A DNA stretch of 64,000 nucleotides from Gammaproteobacteria bacterium (GTDB taxonomy: Bacteria > Pseudomonadota > Gammaproteobacteria > JAJDYQ01): the NCBI GenBank assembly GCA_028289815.1, contig JAPYNQ010000078.1:49471-113470 (forward strand), in the 5' to 3' direction. This document shows positions 60,596 through 64,000 of this stretch, piece after piece. The position numbers and the translations under genes were made by a program. The notes below the pieces were generated by a model, which saw only the letters and a program-made list of their open reading frames with translations, made no database searches and had not been told where the DNA came from. Position 1 is the stretch's first letter, and each line of letters begins with the position of its first letter.

Positions 60596-62393
60596 ACTGT
60601 TTCACTTCCTGAGGCCCTATTGGTTGTTGGCGATCATTCCGTTTTTGATTGCCCTTGTGGCGGCACTGCACCGTCATGATCGGCATAGTAACTGGCGCCG
60701 TGTTGTTGCCCCTGAATTGCTGCCTCTGCTGCTGCAGGGCAATCGACAGGCGCGCAAAATCGGAGTGTTGGTCGCCATATCCATAGCCGGCATCCTATCG
60801 ATTGTGGCGCTTGCCGGACCAACATGGGAACGTATTCCACAGCCTGTTTTTCGTGATGATGATGCACTGGTGATAGTTTTGGATCTGTCACGTTCAATGG
60901 ACGCCCAAGATATAAAACCCTCACGCCTGCAACGCGCACGCTACAAAATTACCGATATACTCAAGTCCCGTCTTGAGGGACAGGCGGCCTTAATTGTCTA
61001 TGCCGCTGATGCCTTTACCGTTATTCCCCTGACGGATGATGACGACACGATTATCTCCCAGTTACCTGCCCTTACCACAGATTTGGTACCTGTACAGGGT
61101 AGTCGCACCGACAGGGCATTGGATCTGGCCTCTCAGTTGCTCAGACAGGCCAGCCAAACCAGAGGGCGGATTCTGTTGATTACCGACGAGGTTGAGTCTG
61201 AAATTGGTCTGGATGCGGCTGGCCGGCTGATTGCGGATGGTTATCAGCTTTTTATACTTGGAGTAGGCACGGCAGACGGCGCGTTAATACCGGCTGCCGG
61301 AGGGTCGCTGAAGGATAGCCAGGGTAATATCGTGATGGCGCAACTTGATGTCGATAATCTAAGGCGAATTGCCCATGAGGGTGGTGGTCGATATGCCAGC
61401 GTTACCGGCAACGATGAAGATATACGAAGACTGGCGCTGGATCGAAGTCTGCAGATCAATGATATATTCGAAGAGGATGACGATCTTACGTCAGATATCT
61501 GGAAAGAGGCAGGTCCGTGGCTGCTACTGCCGGTTTTGCCGCTTGTTGCATCGGCTTTTCGGCGAGGTATCTTGGTTGTGAGCATTATCTTTTTACTGCC
61601 GATTGCCCCGCCTGCCGGAGCTCTGGGAACGGCGGACTTCTGGCGCAATTTGTGGCAGACACCCGACCAGCAGGGCCAGATCCTGCTTGATAGTGGCCAG
61701 ATTACTGAGGCCGCCGACCGATTTGAGCATCCTTTGTGGAAAGGCAGTGCCCATTATTCGGCAGGCAACTACCAGCGAGCGCTGAAACATTTTCAGTCCG
61801 TTGAAGGTGCTAGGGCCCGATATAATGAAGGTAATGCCTTGGTCAGGCTTGGACGCTACGAAGAGGCGATAAAGTCCTATGAACGCGCCATTCGGCAATC
61901 ACCCGGTCATAAGGATGCCGCCCATAACAAAAGACTGGCGCTAAAGCTGCTTGAAGAGCGTAAGCAGCAGCCCACGCCGGAGCAACAACAGGGCGAACCG
62001 CAATCAGAGGAAAATGCCCAGCAACAGCAGGGCACCTCCGGTGAGCAGGCAAATAGCCAGCACCCGACAGAACAGGGCGAGCGGGACCCATTGGCGCAAG
62101 AGCAGGGCGATGAAACGCAGCAGTCCTCTGGGCAAAACGCCTCCGAAGACCCGCAGTCACAACAGCAGGAGTCAGCCGAGCAGCAAGATGGGCAACAGAT
62201 GCCTTCGCCCGAACAGGCATCCCGGGATGATGACAGCTTTGAGCATTTTGACAGCTTGGCCAAGGAGCAGGAACTAGCTAGGGAGCTATGGTTAAAGCGC
62301 ATTCCTCAGGATTCCACGGGGCTGTTGAAACGCAAGTTTCAGTATCAATATCGGCAAAGGGCACGTACAGATGGTGGAAATAAACCGTGGTGA
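60585..62393 (+). CDS. batB: vWA domain protein BatB fused to a TPR (BatC-like) module and a Q/E-rich acidic tail
   Basis: It has a vWA MIDAS (VIVLDLSRSM ... LITDEVES), a TM helix, TPR repeats (YSAGNYQRALKHFQ... YNEGNALVRLGRYEEAIKSYERAI) and a low-complexity Q/E-rich tail. Confidence 0.85.
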   Translation: MNIELFHFLRPYWLLAIIPFLIALVAALHRHDRHSNWRRVVAPELLPLLLQGNRQARKIGVLVAISIAGILSIVALAGPTWERIPQPVFRDDDALVIVLDLSRSMDAQDIKPSRLQRARYKITDILKSRLEGQAALIVYAADAFTVIPLTDDDDTIISQLPALTTDLVPVQGSRTDRALDLASQLLRQASQTRGRILLITDEVESEIGLDAAGRLIADGYQLFILGVGTADGALIPAAGGSLKDSQGNIVMAQLDVDNLRRIAHEGGGRYASVTGNDEDIRRLALDRSLQINDIFEEDDDLTSDIWKEAGPWLLLPVLPLVASAFRRGILVVSIIFLLPIAPPAGALGTADFWRNLWQTPDQQGQILLDSGQITEAADRFEHPLWKGSAHYSAGNYQRALKHFQSVEGARARYNEGNALVRLGRYEEAIKSYERAIRQSPGHKDAAHNKRLALKLLEERKQQPTPEQQQGEPQSEENAQQQQGTSGEQANSQHPTEQGERDPLAQEQGDETQQSSGQNASEDPQSQQQESAEQQDGQQMPSPEQASRDDDSFEHFDSLAKEQELARELWLKRIPQDSTGLLKRKFQYQYRQRARTDGGNKPW

Positions 62394-64000
62394 GATGGTT
62401 CATATTATTCGGCTTGCTGCTGGCCGCATTTTCTGCGTATTGTGCCACCATTACGGTTACTGCAGATCGTAACCCGGTGTCTGTCGGCGAACCGTTCAAT
62501 CTCATATTCAGGGTAGAAGGTCCGCAGAATGGCGAACCTGATTTTGCACCCCTGAATAAGCATTTCAACCTCTTGGGCACCGGTCAGTCCATTGTCTCCA
62601 GCACGGTTAACGGTAAAATTAATAGAGCCAAGACCTATACCCTGACGTTAACTGCGTTGAAACAGGGAAAGATTGTGGTGCCGGCAATCCGCTTCGGAAC
62701 GGATAAAAGCAAGCCTGTTACTGTAAATGTGCGGTCTTCTGGGCAGAGCCGGCAGACTGGTAAAGACCAGTCGTTTTTTATACGTGCCGAAACTGATATA
62801 GCCAACCCCTATGTACAACAGCAGATCATCCTGAAGGTAAAAATATATCGTCAGGCACGCTGGTCGAGAGCCAATCTGACGCCGATTAAGTCCGAAGGCG
62901 TGGAAATCATATCTCAACGTATTGGCACTGAAAAAACCTATAATGAAAAATATCAGGGTAAAAATTATATGGTGACTGAATTACGTTTTGTTGTGTTTCC
63001 TCAGCAAAGCGGCGATCTCACCGTGCTACCTTTTCGCCTGTCAGCCAGAGTGGCAGATAAAAGCAGAGTCGTCCATAGCCAACCGGTTAAGTTAACCATA
63101 AGGCCGATACCTGCATCCTTTTCCGGCAGTCATTGGGTGGTTGCCCGTGATATCCGGTTACAGGAAGCCTGGTCGTCGGAGCTGGCCGAGCTAAAGGCCG
63201 GTGAGCCCGTCACGCGCACGCTGGCCATCATCGGAGATGGGGTCGGTGTGGACCAGTTGCCCTCTATCAAGCTGGAGGATATCCCGGGTATAAAAATTTA
63301 CCCGAATCAACCTGAAAATCAGGAACAGGCAGATCAAAAAGGCCTGCTCAGTACGCGCACATCAAAATTTGCCCTGATTCCGTCAGGTGGCGGCATACAC
63401 GAACTACCGGTAATTGAGATTCCTTGGTGGAACAGCACAAAAGATAAAATGGAGATCGCGGCGATTCCGACAGTAAGGCTGAGCGTTACCGATACGTTGG
63501 CAGCACCTTCACAGCCTAGGGCCAGTAATTTGGTCGGAGTAGGGCTGGATACAGCACAAAAGATCCCTGGGCAGCAGATATCGGAATCGCCGTATCTGTC
63601 TGACGATACCGACCGTTGGTTATTGTTCAGCAGCCTGGGGCTGTTGCTGCTTTGGTTGATTACCTTGGTGGCTTGGTGGCGGAACTACAAAGCCTTGGTC
63701 GGACAAGGTCCGCAGAATACCATGCCCTATGTACCGAGAAAACCTGAAAAGGCACTGCGTAACCTGCGTCGGGCGTGTGAAGCCGGTAATCCCGAAGATG
63801 TTTACATGGCGCTACTGGACTGGGCAAAGGCAATCTGGCCGGATTATCCGCCACGCAGTCTGGAGGCTATCGCACAGCGAGTCCCCTCGCCGCTGTCTGA
63901 CGAGATTCGGTTTTTATCGCAGCATCTCTATAGTGAGCGGCAGGCCGATTGGGATGGCAGCACCATTGCAGAAGAGGCCGCACGGTTTGATATTGCAGGA
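62387..64000 (+). CDS. batD: BatD-like oxygen-tolerance protein (partial; runs off the right window edge)
   Basis: It has a GTG start overlapping the batB stop, and a signal peptide. A long beta-rich ectodomain is followed by a TM helix (LLFSSLGLLLLWLITLVAWW) and a cytoplasmic tail. The frame is open to position 64000. Confidence 0.75.
   Translation, partial: MVRWFILFGLLLAAFSAYCATITVTADRNPVSVGEPFNLIFRVEGPQNGEPDFAPLNKHFNLLGTGQSIVSSTVNGKINRAKTYTLTLTALKQGKIVVPAIRFGTDKSKPVTVNVRSSGQSRQTGKDQSFFIRAETDIANPYVQQQIILKVKIYRQARWSRANLTPIKSEGVEIISQRIGTEKTYNEKYQGKNYMVTELRFVVFPQQSGDLTVLPFRLSARVADKSRVVHSQPVKLTIRPIPASFSGSHWVVARDIRLQEAWSSELAELKAGEPVTRTLAIIGDGVGVDQLPSIKLEDIPGIKIYPNQPENQEQADQKGLLSTRTSKFALIPSGGGIHELPVIEIPWWNSTKDKMEIAAIPTVRLSVTDTLAAPSQPRASNLVGVGLDTAQKIPGQQISESPYLSDDTDRWLLFSSLGLLLLWLITLVAWWRNYKALVGQGPQNTMPYVPRKPEKALRNLRRACEAGNPEDVYMALLDWAKAIWPDYPPRSLEAIAQRVPSPLSDEIRFLSQHLYSERQADWDGSTIAEEAARFDIAG

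Noticed and set aside
61843-62302. Cys-rich 131-aa and 125-aa minus-strand ORFs (CCPSCCSADSCCCDC...)
   Set aside because: They are antisense to the Q/E-rich low-complexity tail of batB, where CAG/CAA repeats read as Cys/Ala-rich on the other strand. They are not a metallothionein.

Overview
The window is a 64-kb chromosomal segment, most likely gammaproteobacterial. The basis for that guess is the conserved mutL-miaA-hfq-hflX-hflK-hflC-(DUF2065)-hisZ-purA and tig-clpP-clpX-lon-hupB-ppiD gene orders and tRNA sequences close to E. coli. GC is roughly 50%. Most of the window is core housekeeping and is read mainly on the minus strand. It contains a ten-gene Mrp-type multisubunit cation/proton antiporter cluster, a DedA-FAD oxidoreductase fusion, a KefB-like CPA2 antiporter, ispH-thiO, yceI-cytochrome b561, an aspartate aminotransferase and galU. 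It also contains a WecA-family glycosyltransferase, the purA-to-mutL superoperon, the ppiD-to-tig protease/chaperone cluster, eight tRNAs, argF-argD and two c-type cytochromes. The remainder is nhaA, a MurG-like GT28, and a moxR-DUF58-DUF4381-batA-batB-batD (aerotolerance-type) operon that runs off the right edge. Small accessory patches interrupt this core. At the left edge a half-size HsdS is translationally coupled to a TIR-like (COG4271/PF10137-type) protein that runs off the window. A roughly 3-kb islet lies next to tRNA-Thr; it holds an IS481 relic, a DUF3465 protein, a vWA-TM-FHA protein and a small TM ORF. A decayed roughly 2-kb patch with a frameshifted P-loop ATPase sits upstream of argF. 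A 15-bp perfect inverted repeat flanks a 45-aa ORF near the cytochrome c' gene. A BNR/sialidase-like protein is translationally coupled to a polytopic membrane protein; this matches the architecture of a two-component Kdo hydrolase, and it lies divergent from the MurG paralog. No CRISPR array and no intact mobile element were seen. All calls come from reading translations and motifs by eye; no database search was possible.
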